NCBI GenBank assembly: GCA_016782425.1
Contig: JADHYN010000001.1
Location: 655-64,654 of the forward strand
DNA from: Candidatus Omnitrophota bacterium
Lineage (GTDB): Bacteria; Omnitrophota; Gorgyraeia; JABMRN01; RBG-13-46-9
Reading direction: 5' to 3'
Length of the DNA: 64,000 nucleotides
Made by a program: the position numbers and the translations under genes. Positions 27,754 through 38,105 of the stretch are shown here, one piece after another. The notes below the pieces were generated by a model, which did no database searches, had not been told where the DNA came from, and saw nothing but the letters and a program-made list of their open reading frames with translations. Each line of letters opens with the position of its first letter. Position 1 is the first letter of the stretch.

Positions 27754-29415
27754 CTACCCCAAATAACCCAGGTGGCGTAATCGTTCCATTAGGCGTTTTT
27801 CGTCGCAGGCATTATTTTCCTGTTTTTTATAAATTATACTTTCGGATTTTTGGTATTTTACCGGGGCGCAATTTTTGATTATTTCATCCCATATACGCCC
27901 ATCCATATCTTCCGGGACAGGAACCCCCATTAGATGTAAAACCGTGGGCGCTATATCCTCGATGCGAGCTTCGGAAATTCTGGCATTAGGTTTAATCTTG
28001 TTTCCCATAGCCATCAATACTCCCGAGGGGCTGTGGGACCCACCCCGCCTTCTTACGAATAAGCAGCTATCGCTCAATGTATTCCGTGTCGTGCAGCTAA
28101 AATCATCTATTTTAACTACCAAGTCCGGCATTTTATCAAGATGCGGCCCTTTAGCGTATATATCCTCTTTGCGCAAAATTTCGGCCGATTGGACCTGCCA
28201 TAGAAACTGCAACTTCTTAAATTCAGAGCAAATATGTTCTATTGTTTCTTTGCGTGCCCGCGAGGAAAGGTTTTGTTTTTCGCAAAAAGGCCCAACGTAT
28301 ATTTCGCCATAATTCCCATATCCGTAAGCTTTCGTATGTTCCCAATCAATAAGGTTTTCGTCAAAATTTATGCTGTCCCGGAAAAAGCGCTGCAGATTTA
28401 TCTTGCCCCTTACCACATTAATTAATCGTTCCATTTTTACATTGCTTCTTATTACCGGAAAAAGCATCTTTTTGATACTTCTTGTCAGGTAGCGGCTCGG
28501 GTTCTTCAATAAATTTAAAGACTCTTTTTTTAGATGCAATACCCCTATTTTTTCAAGCCACGTATTGATGTTGAACTGCCATTTCACCGGCTGCATGCCA
28601 TGATCGGACATGATTAAGACCTCCGTATCTTTGCCAGCGACTGTAATTAGTTTCTTTATGCAATCGTCCAAAATAATATAAGACTCCATTAATAAACTTT
28701 GCGCATGCATCATTTCCGGCGCAAGAAGCCTGTGAAATACGCGATCCAGACTTGTAAATGTCGTAATGAGCAAATCCCATTCCGGATATTTTTTCATAAG
28801 ATACAACGTGGCGTCAGATCGGTTAAGCATAACTTCTCTTGCGCGATTCAGCAACCATTTATCGCTAAAAAACCTTCTTTTTTCCATCCTTGATCTCTCT
28901 TCTTTCTGCCCGGCCCTGTATGAAAGAGAGGTCTTTAAATCCCAGAAATCAACTATGTAGGCGCTACCAAAGGCGCTATTTAGCTCGCTCTCCAGCCCCC
29001 TCGGGAATGTTAAAGCCATATCCTGTGGTTTGAAAAAACCGGCTACTATGAATCCATTAACTTTTTCTGCCCTAAAAACAGATGGAACATTAATAACGCC
29101 TATTTGCTTACCTGCGTCATTCACATAATCCCAGAATGCCTTTCCTTCTGAAATTTCACTGTAAATATAAGGTTGAAATGAAAATGTATTCTTTTTTCTC
29201 GTCATAAACCACGGGATTCCTATTTTTGCCGGTGATTTACCTGAGGCAAAAACATTCCACGCGGGGCAGCTGGCAGGGGGATACGTGGAACGCAATTTAT
29301 TAACTACGCCTTTTTCAAAAAATAGTTTAAACGTGGGCAACCTACCCGCTTTAACCCCGAGTTCTATAAAATTCAAATCCGCCGCATCGATTCCAACTAT
29401 AAGCAATTTGGACAT
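27754..29415 (-). CDS. alkaline phosphatase superfamily protein (type I phosphodiesterase/nucleotide pyrophosphatase fold)
   Basis: The N-terminal LLIVGIDAADLNF and internal LIMSDHGM motifs are typical metal-ligand motifs of the family. I place the start at the ATG at 29415 (MSKLLIVGID), which abuts the upstream stop at 29420. The ORF-track N-extension (to 29556) overlaps wzx and looks spurious. Confidence 0.65.
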   Translation of the reverse strand: MSKLLIVGIDAADLNFIELGVKAGRLPTFKLFFEKGVVNKLRSTYPPASCPAWNVFASGKSPAKIGIPWFMTRKKNTFSFQPYIYSEISEGKAFWDYVNDAGKQIGVINVPSVFRAEKVNGFIVAGFFKPQDMALTFPRGLESELNSAFGSAYIVDFWDLKTSLSYRAGQKEERSRMEKRRFFSDKWLLNRAREVMLNRSDATLYLMKKYPEWDLLITTFTSLDRVFHRLLAPEMMHAQSLLMESYIILDDCIKKLITVAGKDTEVLIMSDHGMQPVKWQFNINTWLEKIGVLHLKKESLNLLKNPSRYLTRSIKKMLFPVIRSNVKMERLINVVRGKINLQRFFRDSINFDENLIDWEHTKAYGYGNYGEIYVGPFCEKQNLSSRARKETIEHICSEFKKLQFLWQVQSAEILRKEDIYAKGPHLDKMPDLVVKIDDFSCTTRNTLSDSCLFVRRRGGSHSPSGVLMAMGNKIKPNARISEARIEDIAPTVLHLMGVPVPEDMDGRIWDEIIKNCAPVKYQKSESIIYKKQENNACDEKRLMERLRHLGYLG

Positions 29416-29419
29416 TGTA

Positions 29420-30949
29420 TCATATCTCCCTTTTCGAAAAATCACCGCTTTTAAGCACCCGTCTGACGGCGTTAACCGCTTTGTAGAGCAAAAAACGGTC
29501 CTCTTGCGGCAGCAACAACAAAAAACCAGCAATAAAAACAAAGTTAACGTACGCAAGTTTTAAAAACCAGCAGGCGGTAATATTTCTGATAAGCGCAAAA
29601 GTCACCAGAGCTGCGCACAAAGGAATTATTAATCTGCTATAATCCATGTTCCAGGGATGTATCTTTAAAAGGCTGTATACTTCGATTAAGCCCAACAAGG
29701 CACACAAACTAAGTGAAATGCCCGTGGCAAAGGCCGCTCCTAATATTCCAAAAATAGGAATCAGCAACGCATTTAAAATTATATTCAAGACGGCCATTAT
29801 CGCGTTATTTATAAGAATTAAATTCGGGTGTCCGGACATTTGCAGCATGAAAGGCACCGGCCCCAAACTGGCTTTTAATAAATAAAAAAAGGAAAGCACA
29901 ACAAGCACGCTTGACCCCGTTTCAAAACTTTTACCGAATAAGCCCAATAGGTTTTTAGAAAAAAATACAATAGGTAAAAAACATAAAATGCTTATAATAA
30001 GATTCCATCTTGTCGTTGTTTTAAACAAGAGCTCCGTGTTTTTTAGTTTATTCCTATTGAACAAATCCGCGATTATAGGCGCGAAGGTTTCGTTCAAAGG
30101 CGTAATTAGTAAAGTTATGGAGGCCGCTATGATAGTCGCCATGCTATATATGCCTACGTCGTCCATGTTCAAGAAAAATCCCAGCATAAAAATATCTGTT
30201 TTTGCCAAAAGAAAAAATGAGACAGTAGCGAAGAACATCGGTAAAGAAAACTTGATCAATCCGAGCGGCTCATACACGGCTTTGGTTTTTGATAAAAAAT
30301 GCGGGAAATCTTTTTTCAGATAATACAAGCTTATAATCGATGCGGCAAAGCATGAAATTACAAAGCTCCATATAGCGCCATAAAGTCGGTAGCCTATCAA
30401 GAATACAGTCGTTAAAAGGATTAAATTTATGACCGTGCGGATTAAAAGTATATAAATGTAGCGTTTCATGCTTAGAACGGCACGTATATTATTCGCCGCT
30501 ATCGTAAAAAACACAAAAAACGGCAGCGATATTGAGAAAATCCTCATTACGCCAATAAGCGCGCTTTCATGAAATATATTAATTGCGATAAAAGGAGAAT
30601 AAATATACAGTATTGACGAAATAGCTACCGAACATACCGACGAAAGAACTATTGATATGATCAATATGCCCTTTTCCCGCCCTTTGTCATCCACGCCTCT
30701 ATGTGAAGATATGAATTTGACAATTCCCTGCGATAGTCCCAATAAAGCAATGGTATGCAAAAAAGAAATGACGGTTGACCCCATCGCGTAAAGTCCGTAG
30801 GCTGGCACCCCTAGGGTGCGCGCAAGAAACGCATGCTGCACGAAGTGTAGAAAAGTATTTGCGAGCTTTCCTATGAATATAGTCGTTCCGCCCTTGGCTA
30901 ATTTTTTTATGTACTTTTCGCTGCTTTCCTGATGATTTATTTTATCCAA
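29420..30949 (-). CDS. polysaccharide biosynthesis protein / oligosaccharide flippase (Wzx-like, MOP superfamily)
   Basis: It is 509 aa with about 12-14 TM helices. The N-terminal layout KKLAKGGTTIFIGKLANTFLHFVQHAFLARTLGVPAYGLY is typical of Wzx proteins. Confidence 0.75.
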   Translation of the reverse strand: MDKINHQESSEKYIKKLAKGGTTIFIGKLANTFLHFVQHAFLARTLGVPAYGLYAMGSTVISFLHTIALLGLSQGIVKFISSHRGVDDKGREKGILIISIVLSSVCSVAISSILYIYSPFIAINIFHESALIGVMRIFSISLPFFVFFTIAANNIRAVLSMKRYIYILLIRTVINLILLTTVFLIGYRLYGAIWSFVISCFAASIISLYYLKKDFPHFLSKTKAVYEPLGLIKFSLPMFFATVSFFLLAKTDIFMLGFFLNMDDVGIYSMATIIAASITLLITPLNETFAPIIADLFNRNKLKNTELLFKTTTRWNLIISILCFLPIVFFSKNLLGLFGKSFETGSSVLVVLSFFYLLKASLGPVPFMLQMSGHPNLILINNAIMAVLNIILNALLIPIFGILGAAFATGISLSLCALLGLIEVYSLLKIHPWNMDYSRLIIPLCAALVTFALIRNITACWFLKLAYVNFVFIAGFLLLLPQEDRFLLYKAVNAVRRVLKSGDFSKREI

Positions 30950-32120
30950 AATTTTTCCTCTCAGGTTTTTGCGTCTTTACGGCTGCAAAATACGATCTTT
31001 CCACGGCCTCAATGTATACGCTTGAGATGATTATGACCAAAGGAACCGCGATCAGCCTATAGCGCCAATGAGGCTCCGGCGCAAGTGAAAACAAGAGCCA
31101 GTTGGCACAAAGTGAGAATAATAAAAAATTTAATGCTGTATTTTTTACTTTCTTGTATATGAAAAACGTGCCTAAGAAAAAGAAAGAGAAAAGAAACATA
31201 TTGAAAGGCAAAACTAAGCATAACGCAAGGAGGCTGTTCGCGTCGGTTGGTATTGGTATCCAAAAAGCTGTCAGTTTTTTTAAGTACTCGGGAATTGAGG
31301 CGGCTACATCACTTGCGCTCAAAGACGTTAAAACATCGATAACACCGTGGCTTTTTAGGCCGGCGGTTTTTACAGAGCTTAAAAAAGTTATTTTATATGA
31401 AGCTTCAGAGGCTAAAATCTTTCGCAGCACAGCGTGTTCAGAAAAGTATGATAAACCTATAAGTGAAAAAATCAAAATAGAGATAAACAAAAATTTAGTC
31501 TTTATAACCTTGAAAAGAACAAAAATAAGCATAGCCAGACAAATAATTACTAGCTGTAATTTTAACGTTACTAGGGCTATTAACAAAATTAGGCTCATTA
31601 AAAAATATGAAAACGCCCGTGTTTTTCGCAGTTCCAGCAGGGCATAAGTAAACAGGATAAAAAGAAAAGCAAGCATGCTATCTTTTAAAATAAAAATTGA
31701 AAACCATGCCAATGAGGGTGATAAGGCCAAAAGAACTAACGCCCACACGGCGGCTTTCCTACTAAAGAACTCCTTTGCTATCCTAAAACCAACTATTGGC
31801 ACAAGAGAACTGATAACAATGTTTATGCCTTTTATGAAGAGTGGCGATGGTCCGAATAACCTGTAAACAAAACCGACAAACACGTGCCATCCGTAAATAT
31901 ATTTTATCGATTTGACATACGCGATAAACTCCTGCCAACTGCCGCTCATAGCGGTCCCTATATAATGATATTTATATTCATCCGGAAAGGATAAGAGAAG
32001 TTCGCTGTCAGTAGGCGGAAAAAATTTCATTTTTACAAAGTAGAGCAACAAACGGTAGAATATACCGAATAAAAAAACGCCTATTAAAAGCTTGGTTTTT
32101 GTTACTTTATGTCTATCCAT
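30942..32120 (-). CDS. polytopic membrane protein, possible GT-C fold glycosyltransferase or polymerase
   Basis: It is 392 aa and multi-TM. A DE-containing first loop, SFPDEYKYHY, faintly suggests a GT-C enzyme. The function is uncertain. Confidence 0.35.
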   Translation of the reverse strand: MDRHKVTKTKLLIGVFLFGIFYRLLLYFVKMKFFPPTDSELLLSFPDEYKYHYIGTAMSGSWQEFIAYVKSIKYIYGWHVFVGFVYRLFGPSPLFIKGINIVISSLVPIVGFRIAKEFFSRKAAVWALVLLALSPSLAWFSIFILKDSMLAFLFILFTYALLELRKTRAFSYFLMSLILLIALVTLKLQLVIICLAMLIFVLFKVIKTKFLFISILIFSLIGLSYFSEHAVLRKILASEASYKITFLSSVKTAGLKSHGVIDVLTSLSASDVAASIPEYLKKLTAFWIPIPTDANSLLALCLVLPFNMFLFSFFFLGTFFIYKKVKNTALNFLLFSLCANWLLFSLAPEPHWRYRLIAVPLVIIISSVYIEAVERSYFAAVKTQKPERKNFG

Positions 32121-33262
32121 CCCAGGTCCACGCTATTTTTATTCGTTAAAACATCCTTCAGGCGCTCCTGCGGATACCCCTTGCCGGCGGGATATTTCAG
32201 GAAAAATTTAATATTGTATTTACCCGGCGCTATCTTTGGAGTATATTCATGAACGTATACCTCACCGATTTGCCAATAAGAGGTATTTTTCTGCATTTCT
32301 TTGGCTGAATACATGGCACCATAGGGCCTGCGTTCTTGAGGCAGGCATTCCGCGTTTTCCGGCTCAAAACGAATCACGCATAAATAATCCTTGTTCATTA
32401 AGTCCAGGGATTTAAACCAAAATTTCAATTCAATCCTTTCTTTGTCAATTCTTTCTACGCCATACCCTAGAAATTGTATCTTGTTTAAAAAATTCGCGCG
32501 CGCTTCGTTTGCAGGTGAAAGTTTTTTGATTTCTGAGGTTGTTCTATGCGCACTTACACCATTAACATTATTAGCGCTAATGCGAACAAGGTTTTTTAAC
32601 GCTTCTATGTGCGCTGGTAATAAATCCACTGTTTTTTCATATTCCATACGCGCCATGTCTAATGAACCCTGTTTTTCATATATGTATCCCAATAAATAAT
32701 GAGCCTCGGCGAAGCTGCCGTTTTCGCTAAGGCTTGTCTTAAAGGCCTTTTTAGCTTTTTCGAGCATATCGCTATGTAAATAGCTTAATCCCAGTTTATA
32801 CTGCCCGTAAGAGTTTTTCGTAAAATGTATCGGTAAATCACGGCTGTTTATTTTTTCATACTTGGTTATCACGCCTACGGCTTCTTCAGTGCGGCCAGCA
32901 CCCTGATAAACGTTGTAAAGGCGTACATAATTACTAGTTATCTCGGGCCTGAGATCGATTAATTCTATTAAATATTTTTCTTCGTTTAAAATATCATTTT
33001 CGCGCTTATAATAATCCACCAACTCGGAAATCACGAAGTAATCACAGTATGAGCTTGCAACAAAAAAATCCTGCAACTTTTTTTTTCTTAACATTTGTTT
33101 TTTTCGATAAAAATTTTTATAGATGTCCACGGCCAGAGGCTCAAGGTCCTGGTTAAAACAATGCCGCGCCATTCCCAGCCTTATGAAATCCTGGCCATGC
33201 ATCCAGACCAGAGATAAAAGGCCCCCAATGAGAATAACTATCGCGAGTTTGTATTTTTTCAT
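32102..33262 (-). CDS. tetratricopeptide-repeat protein with N-terminal membrane anchor
   Basis: It has an N-terminal TM helix. TPR-like degenerate 34-aa repeats include AEAHYLLGYIYEKQGSLDMARMEYEKTVDLLPAHIEA. Confidence 0.5.
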   Translation of the reverse strand: MKKYKLAIVILIGGLLSLVWMHGQDFIRLGMARHCFNQDLEPLAVDIYKNFYRKKQMLRKKKLQDFFVASSYCDYFVISELVDYYKRENDILNEEKYLIELIDLRPEITSNYVRLYNVYQGAGRTEEAVGVITKYEKINSRDLPIHFTKNSYGQYKLGLSYLHSDMLEKAKKAFKTSLSENGSFAEAHYLLGYIYEKQGSLDMARMEYEKTVDLLPAHIEALKNLVRISANNVNGVSAHRTTSEIKKLSPANEARANFLNKIQFLGYGVERIDKERIELKFWFKSLDLMNKDYLCVIRFEPENAECLPQERRPYGAMYSAKEMQKNTSYWQIGEVYVHEYTPKIAPGKYNIKFFLKYPAGKGYPQERLKDVLTNKNSVDLGWIDIK

Positions 33263-34455
33263 TAAAAATGCAGCATTGAGTTATTTTTCAGATATTCATA
33301 CAACATAGACGCCGCCAGATAGTGCCCGTATTCGTTCCAGTGGGCTTCATGCTGAAAATATGCCGATCTCTTTGTATTGGTAAAATCAGCCTGAAAACTT
33401 TCAAGCATTGAAACGTTTAATATAGAATTCTGATCACAGAATTTATTTATCGCCGTGTAGGGATAACAGAAATCATAATCCTCCTCAGCCATAGAGCGGT
33501 AGCGTTGATAATACAGACCTGTATTCATTTCTGCCAGGGGTTTCATAGGCAGTGAAACACACAAAAATTGTATGGCGTTTCCGCGGCACACACTATCAAG
33601 CTCCTTAAGACAGGCCAACGTAACGTAAACGGCTTTCATCCAAACCATATTTTTTTTAACTAAAAATATCCCAAAATATTTCGGTATTTTATTAACATCT
33701 TTAACTCTGCGTGCCAACCGCGATATATTCTGCCGCAAAAAACAAAGGAGCTGCGACTTTTTATATACTCTGTAGAGAAATGTGCCCTTGCCTTTGTCCG
33801 TCCCGGAGGGTACGGCCGCCAGTTTGCCATATTTGTCAATCGTATAATACGGCAAAAATTCATCTTTTGTTAACTGTTTACAGCTATTGAAAAAATCATT
33901 CGCGGGATACAGGCACAGGATGACTAAGTCGGGTTTGTATTTAAGTCCGACTTCTTTAAAGTACTTTAATTGCTGAGCCGTGCCCCATCCTGACCTGGCA
34001 AGCGCAATGACTTCGTAGCTGCCGTTTGCGCTGTTGCGTTTTGAGTTTAATTGCCCTGAAAGCACGCTGGCGACGAGATTATCTTTATTGACCTGCAGCC
34101 CCTCTATCATTGAGTCGCCCAAAATAAGTATACGGAAAACATTTTTTTCTTTCTCGTAACCGTGCTCATAATCATGCTGCCCATGAGTATTTATAAAAAC
34201 TATATTATTGAATTCTTTTCCGGCAAATCTTGCACGTTGACAGGGCTTTAAAAGAGCGCCCATGGCACTGTTGGGCACCCATGCAACGGTGGATACCCTT
34301 ACATGCGGCAATACCCTTATACAGATTTCACCAATAATGAATGCGCATATAAGCCCAAGGAAGAAACGGGTAATGACGCTTCTGTTTTTAATATACTTTC
34401 CACTCATAAACTTTTTGATAATTTCGCCAAAACTCTCTTTTCCGCCCTTCTTCAA
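33262..34455 (-). CDS. SGNH/GDSL hydrolase family protein (possible glycan O-acyl esterase/acyltransferase accessory)
   Basis: It has an N-terminal TM helix. ILILGDSMIEG is the GDS(L) block I. A later start at the ATG at 34407 is possible, because the long form overlaps the upstream gene. Confidence 0.5.
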   Translation of the reverse strand: MKKGGKESFGEIIKKFMSGKYIKNRSVITRFFLGLICAFIIGEICIRVLPHVRVSTVAWVPNSAMGALLKPCQRARFAGKEFNNIVFINTHGQHDYEHGYEKEKNVFRILILGDSMIEGLQVNKDNLVASVLSGQLNSKRNSANGSYEVIALARSGWGTAQQLKYFKEVGLKYKPDLVILCLYPANDFFNSCKQLTKDEFLPYYTIDKYGKLAAVPSGTDKGKGTFLYRVYKKSQLLCFLRQNISRLARRVKDVNKIPKYFGIFLVKKNMVWMKAVYVTLACLKELDSVCRGNAIQFLCVSLPMKPLAEMNTGLYYQRYRSMAEEDYDFCYPYTAINKFCDQNSILNVSMLESFQADFTNTKRSAYFQHEAHWNEYGHYLAASMLYEYLKNNSMLHF

Positions 34456-36280
34456 TAATAGAAAAGAATTTTTTTATTTCCGAATCGGGCCAGCCGAGAA
34501 TTACCTCAAAATTCTCTTTCTGCAAATCGTATTTTCTTTTCGAATTCAAATAAAGCTGGCGGAAATATTTATAAACTCCATATTCAAACCCGATTAAATT
34601 CCCACCTATTGGGGTAACTGGATATTTTGTTGCCTTATATATTTTTATTTCCCCTTTTGAAAAAGATTTTAGTAAAGAAAATTTAGGGTTATTTTCGACG
34701 TATAAATTCAAAAAATTCCGCTTTTGGGTAACTACTAAATATCCGATGCGGCCGTCATTTATTTGCTTCAGGAGATCGCTTTCAAACTGCCCTTCAAGCC
34801 ACTCCCTGCTTGGCCAAATAAAAAGTGGCTCCTCATAACGCCTTTCGTATTTATTTTTGAATTCTGATATCTCGACATTTTTTATTTCAAGCAATTCGTA
34901 CTTGCCTTGCGTGAAGAAATATATGGCGTTTAGCGCGTATTTCTGGCACAAAATTGCGGTTCCAGGAACGATATTTTCTTCAATCCACTCCGAAGACTCT
35001 CGCACGGTTTTACTTGTCCACCCGTCTAATTTAAAATCACTTTTCCAGAACGAAAACTCATATACACCTCTCACCTTTACGCCAAATATCAGGCTCAAAA
35101 AATTCTTTTTGGCGGTTGCCCCGACAAATACCTGCATTAAAACACACGCCAAAACTAAAAAAAACACGCTTATGTTCAAAATTCGATTTTTTGCTTTTAA
35201 AAATTCTGTCGGAAAATTAATTAAAAAATTAGCGATCGCTAGATAAAACAAAAAATAAAGCGTAAGAAATTGGCCCAAACGCGAATTCGCTTTGGCGGTT
35301 ATGTAAACTACCGGTAAAAACAATATGACCGCCATCAGAAAAATCCTGTCTGAAAGTTTTTTTCTAAAAACAGCTCCGAAAAAGCTGTAGGCAATTCCAA
35401 AAAAAACCAAAGGCCATATCGCAAGCTGCCTGATAATATACCGGTTAATAAAATTGCTGGCTATTCTCAGCTGTTCCGCAAGAATGCCTCCCGTCGACCA
35501 GGTTAATCGGTTCGGCGTTATTATTCCAAATTTTTTAATTTCGTTTAAATTCACGAGCGGCCCTACCAATATTTCCAGACTTTCTTTTCCGGCAAAAACC
35601 TTATAGAGCCAGGGAGAAAGCAGGACAGCTGAAAACATGAAAAATAGCGCAGTGCCTTTTGCGGTTTTGACGCTTCTGTAACTTTTAAAGCACAGGAGAC
35701 AAACCGGAAGCGGGATAAACATAACTGCTATCACCCCTTTTAAAAGTATTGCCAGTGACAGCGCGAGCCCCGCAAGTGCAAAATATATGTAATTTTTATT
35801 TTTAAACGCTAGATAAATCAAAAAAATGTAACCCAGAATAAAGAACGGCACGATATTATCCAGCAACAGATATGACGCGCATCTGTTGACAACGAATGAA
35901 GTAAACACCAAAAGGCTGCAGGTCAAACCGGTTGCTTTATTGAACATTTTCGACCCGAGAAAATAAATAAGCATTATATTGAGCACATAAAATAGCCGAA
36001 CCACGTAAAAGGCGCTTTTTACGCTATAGCCGAATATACTGAAAGAGGCGGTCATCATAAGGGGAAAAAGCGGTCTGTAAGTGATTATTTTTTCCATGCT
36101 AAATTGCTTATACATAGCCGCTGCATTGCTTAGATACCAGCATGAATCGGGCGAAGGGTTAACGCCCTTTAGAGGAAAAAAAATCATTGCAAGAGCGAAG
36201 AGAACCAACGGTATAAAATAAGGCGATTTTGCCAAATTTCTAAAGCGCGACGATATCTTAAAAAAATTCATAGCAATCAA
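34388..36280 (-). CDS. membrane glycosyltransferase, GT39/ArnT-PMT-like (GT-C fold), putative
   Basis: It is 630 aa with a multi-TM N-terminal half and a soluble C-terminal half, the general architecture of ArnT/PMT-like enzymes. Confidence 0.45.
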   Translation of the reverse strand: MIAMNFFKISSRFRNLAKSPYFIPLVLFALAMIFFPLKGVNPSPDSCWYLSNAAAMYKQFSMEKIITYRPLFPLMMTASFSIFGYSVKSAFYVVRLFYVLNIMLIYFLGSKMFNKATGLTCSLLVFTSFVVNRCASYLLLDNIVPFFILGYIFLIYLAFKNKNYIYFALAGLALSLAILLKGVIAVMFIPLPVCLLCFKSYRSVKTAKGTALFFMFSAVLLSPWLYKVFAGKESLEILVGPLVNLNEIKKFGIITPNRLTWSTGGILAEQLRIASNFINRYIIRQLAIWPLVFFGIAYSFFGAVFRKKLSDRIFLMAVILFLPVVYITAKANSRLGQFLTLYFLFYLAIANFLINFPTEFLKAKNRILNISVFFLVLACVLMQVFVGATAKKNFLSLIFGVKVRGVYEFSFWKSDFKLDGWTSKTVRESSEWIEENIVPGTAILCQKYALNAIYFFTQGKYELLEIKNVEISEFKNKYERRYEEPLFIWPSREWLEGQFESDLLKQINDGRIGYLVVTQKRNFLNLYVENNPKFSLLKSFSKGEIKIYKATKYPVTPIGGNLIGFEYGVYKYFRQLYLNSKRKYDLQKENFEVILGWPDSEIKKFFSIIEEGRKREFWRNYQKVYEWKVY

Positions 36281-36292
36281 AGGGTTGTGTTG

Positions 36293-36979
36293 TCACTGCT
36301 TTGATTGCACGCAGCACAACACATTGCAATTAAACCCAAATAAAGAAGCAAGCGCAGTTTTATCCAGCTTTCGCAGTATTGGCAACATAAAGCGCGGTGT
36401 TGCATTTGGCAGGAGTAGCGAATCTACATACGCATTTAAGATTGTCAAATTATTTTCCTTAAAAATTTGCCTTAAATATCTAAGATCAAAATCCAGTAAT
36501 CTTCGTTCTTCCGGGTGGAATAGCGCAAAAATTACATTAGCAAGATTATTTCCGTTTGGTTCCGTAATAAAAATATATTTTCGCGCCACCCTGCGCATCT
36601 CTTTTAAAGCCGCTGATTGTTTATCGAAACTCAGATGGTGAAACAGCATGCTGCATGTAACTAGATCAAAATATTTATTTTCAAAAGGCATTGCCGCTAT
36701 GTCCGCCGCTACTTTTCCAGCATTGGGGTTTACGCGCAGCATTTTGCTTGAAAAATCAACGCCCATGCAATTTATCTGGAAAGCTTCCGACAGAAATGTT
36801 TGAAAAAACCCGTTTCCGCACCCGCAATCCAGAATTGAGGTTACTTTTGTCGGAATTAAATTTTTTAGTTTTTCAGCCTGGCGTTTATAAAGGCAGACAA
36901 CCACCGGATGCGTCACGTCTCTACGATTCGATTTATCGCGGTGCCAAAATTTCTTTTGCAAGATATCGTAGGAATTCAT
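36293..36979 (-). CDS. class I SAM-dependent methyltransferase
   Basis: ILDCGCGNGFF is motif I, and FDLVTCSMLFHHL is motif II-like. Confidence 0.75.
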   Translation of the reverse strand: MNSYDILQKKFWHRDKSNRRDVTHPVVVCLYKRQAEKLKNLIPTKVTSILDCGCGNGFFQTFLSEAFQINCMGVDFSSKMLRVNPNAGKVAADIAAMPFENKYFDLVTCSMLFHHLSFDKQSAALKEMRRVARKYIFITEPNGNNLANVIFALFHPEERRLLDFDLRYLRQIFKENNLTILNAYVDSLLLPNATPRFMLPILRKLDKTALASLFGFNCNVLCCVQSKQ

Positions 36980-38076
36980 GAATCCTTTTTATTGTGCAAT
37001 TCAGCAATTTCGTTTATTCTCTTCATGGTGCTGTCGTAATCGAGTCCTACGAATTCCAGGTATCTTTTGATTGCCTCATATCGCGGTTTATTCTCCTCTT
37101 TAACAATTTCCAATGCCGCACCTCTCAATAAAATACCATTCCTTATTTGATTACTTCTGAAAGTATCATTTTCCGTAAAACCCACCATTTTATAATACAA
37201 ATAATTGTAAAACGGAGCGGTACCATCGTCTATCCTCCATGTAAGAACTGTATCCTTTGGCGATTCCCAATTAAGTTCTCTGCGTATAGTAGCCAGGATC
37301 TCATTTTCATTCCATGGAACATATTGAAAAAATTTAATCCAGTTTGAATTTTTTGCCTCATACGCCAAGATATATTGCACAAAGTATGCGTTTAGAAGCC
37401 GCATAATTGAACTGTTGATATATCCCGGATTTCGTAAATATTCAATCATATAGCGCAACATTAATTTAGTATGCCCTCTCGCTGACAGCTCGTTTGACTC
37501 GGCGTCTTCATTGACCCCAAAAAAAGACATTTTAAATCTGGTTCTCTCGAAAGAATTACCGTTGCCGGTCACGACAAGCGAAATGCCTTTCTGCTTTGCC
37601 AGTTTAGATATGTGATACTCCATAGTTTTATCGCCTTCTGTAAAAAGCGGTATCATCCCCATGTGAGGCTTTTTTAACCATGCGGTTATGTTTTGCTTTA
37701 TATTACGCCTGATTCTGTCCTTATCCGCTTCAATAATTATATGTTCTATGTCTAGCTTTTCTTTTGTTAGTTTCCAATTTATTCGCGCTTCAGGAGTCAT
37801 TAGCCCCCAGTCATACGTAACGGCTAAAGGGTGCATATTAAACTGTTTCATTAAAAGATAAAGCGCAAAGCAGCTGTCGCGGCCTCCGCTGAAGGTTACT
37901 ACGCAATCGACCGTATTGTCCTTTGAGCGGTATTGCGATAAAATGTCTTCCAGAACATGAAGCGCGGGCTTCTTTCCTATCGGGATATGGCTCTTGCAAT
38001 AATTGCAGACTCCTTTGTCATCAAAGGTAACCATTGGAAATGTTTCAGGTAAAATACATTTCGTACAACGCCTCAT
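36976..38076 (-). CDS. N-acetyl sugar amidotransferase (PP-loop ATP-pyrophosphatase; WbuX/LfnA-like)
   Basis: The N-terminal zinc ribbon is MRRCTKCILPETFPMVTFDDKGVCNYC. The PP-loop is TFSGGRDS. I place the start at the ATG at 38076, not the ORF-track 38187, so it does not overlap the next gene. Confidence 0.7.
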   Translation of the reverse strand: MRRCTKCILPETFPMVTFDDKGVCNYCKSHIPIGKKPALHVLEDILSQYRSKDNTVDCVVTFSGGRDSCFALYLLMKQFNMHPLAVTYDWGLMTPEARINWKLTKEKLDIEHIIIEADKDRIRRNIKQNITAWLKKPHMGMIPLFTEGDKTMEYHISKLAKQKGISLVVTGNGNSFERTRFKMSFFGVNEDAESNELSARGHTKLMLRYMIEYLRNPGYINSSIMRLLNAYFVQYILAYEAKNSNWIKFFQYVPWNENEILATIRRELNWESPKDTVLTWRIDDGTAPFYNYLYYKMVGFTENDTFRSNQIRNGILLRGAALEIVKEENKPRYEAIKRYLEFVGLDYDSTMKRINEIAELHNKKDS

Positions 38077-38105
38077 CCGTCCAACCTCTTGGTGCTTTAT
38101 GGGAT

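Noticed and set aside
28553-28780. Small minus-strand ORFs nested in larger minus-strand genes (28553..28780, 31057..31263, 33660..33863, 40031..40219, 47963..48247, 49624..49806, 50860..51144, 17826..18008, 18521..18781)
   Set aside because: They are alternative-frame ORFs inside well-supported genes, with no motifs and no start context.
27754-29556. Long N-terminal extension (MRTLTLFLLLVFCCCCRKRT...) of the alkaline-phosphatase-family ORF
   Set aside because: It overlaps wzx by ~140 nt and has an odd CCCC run. An internal ATG at 29415 abuts the wzx stop and begins with the conserved LLIVGIDAADL motif of the family.
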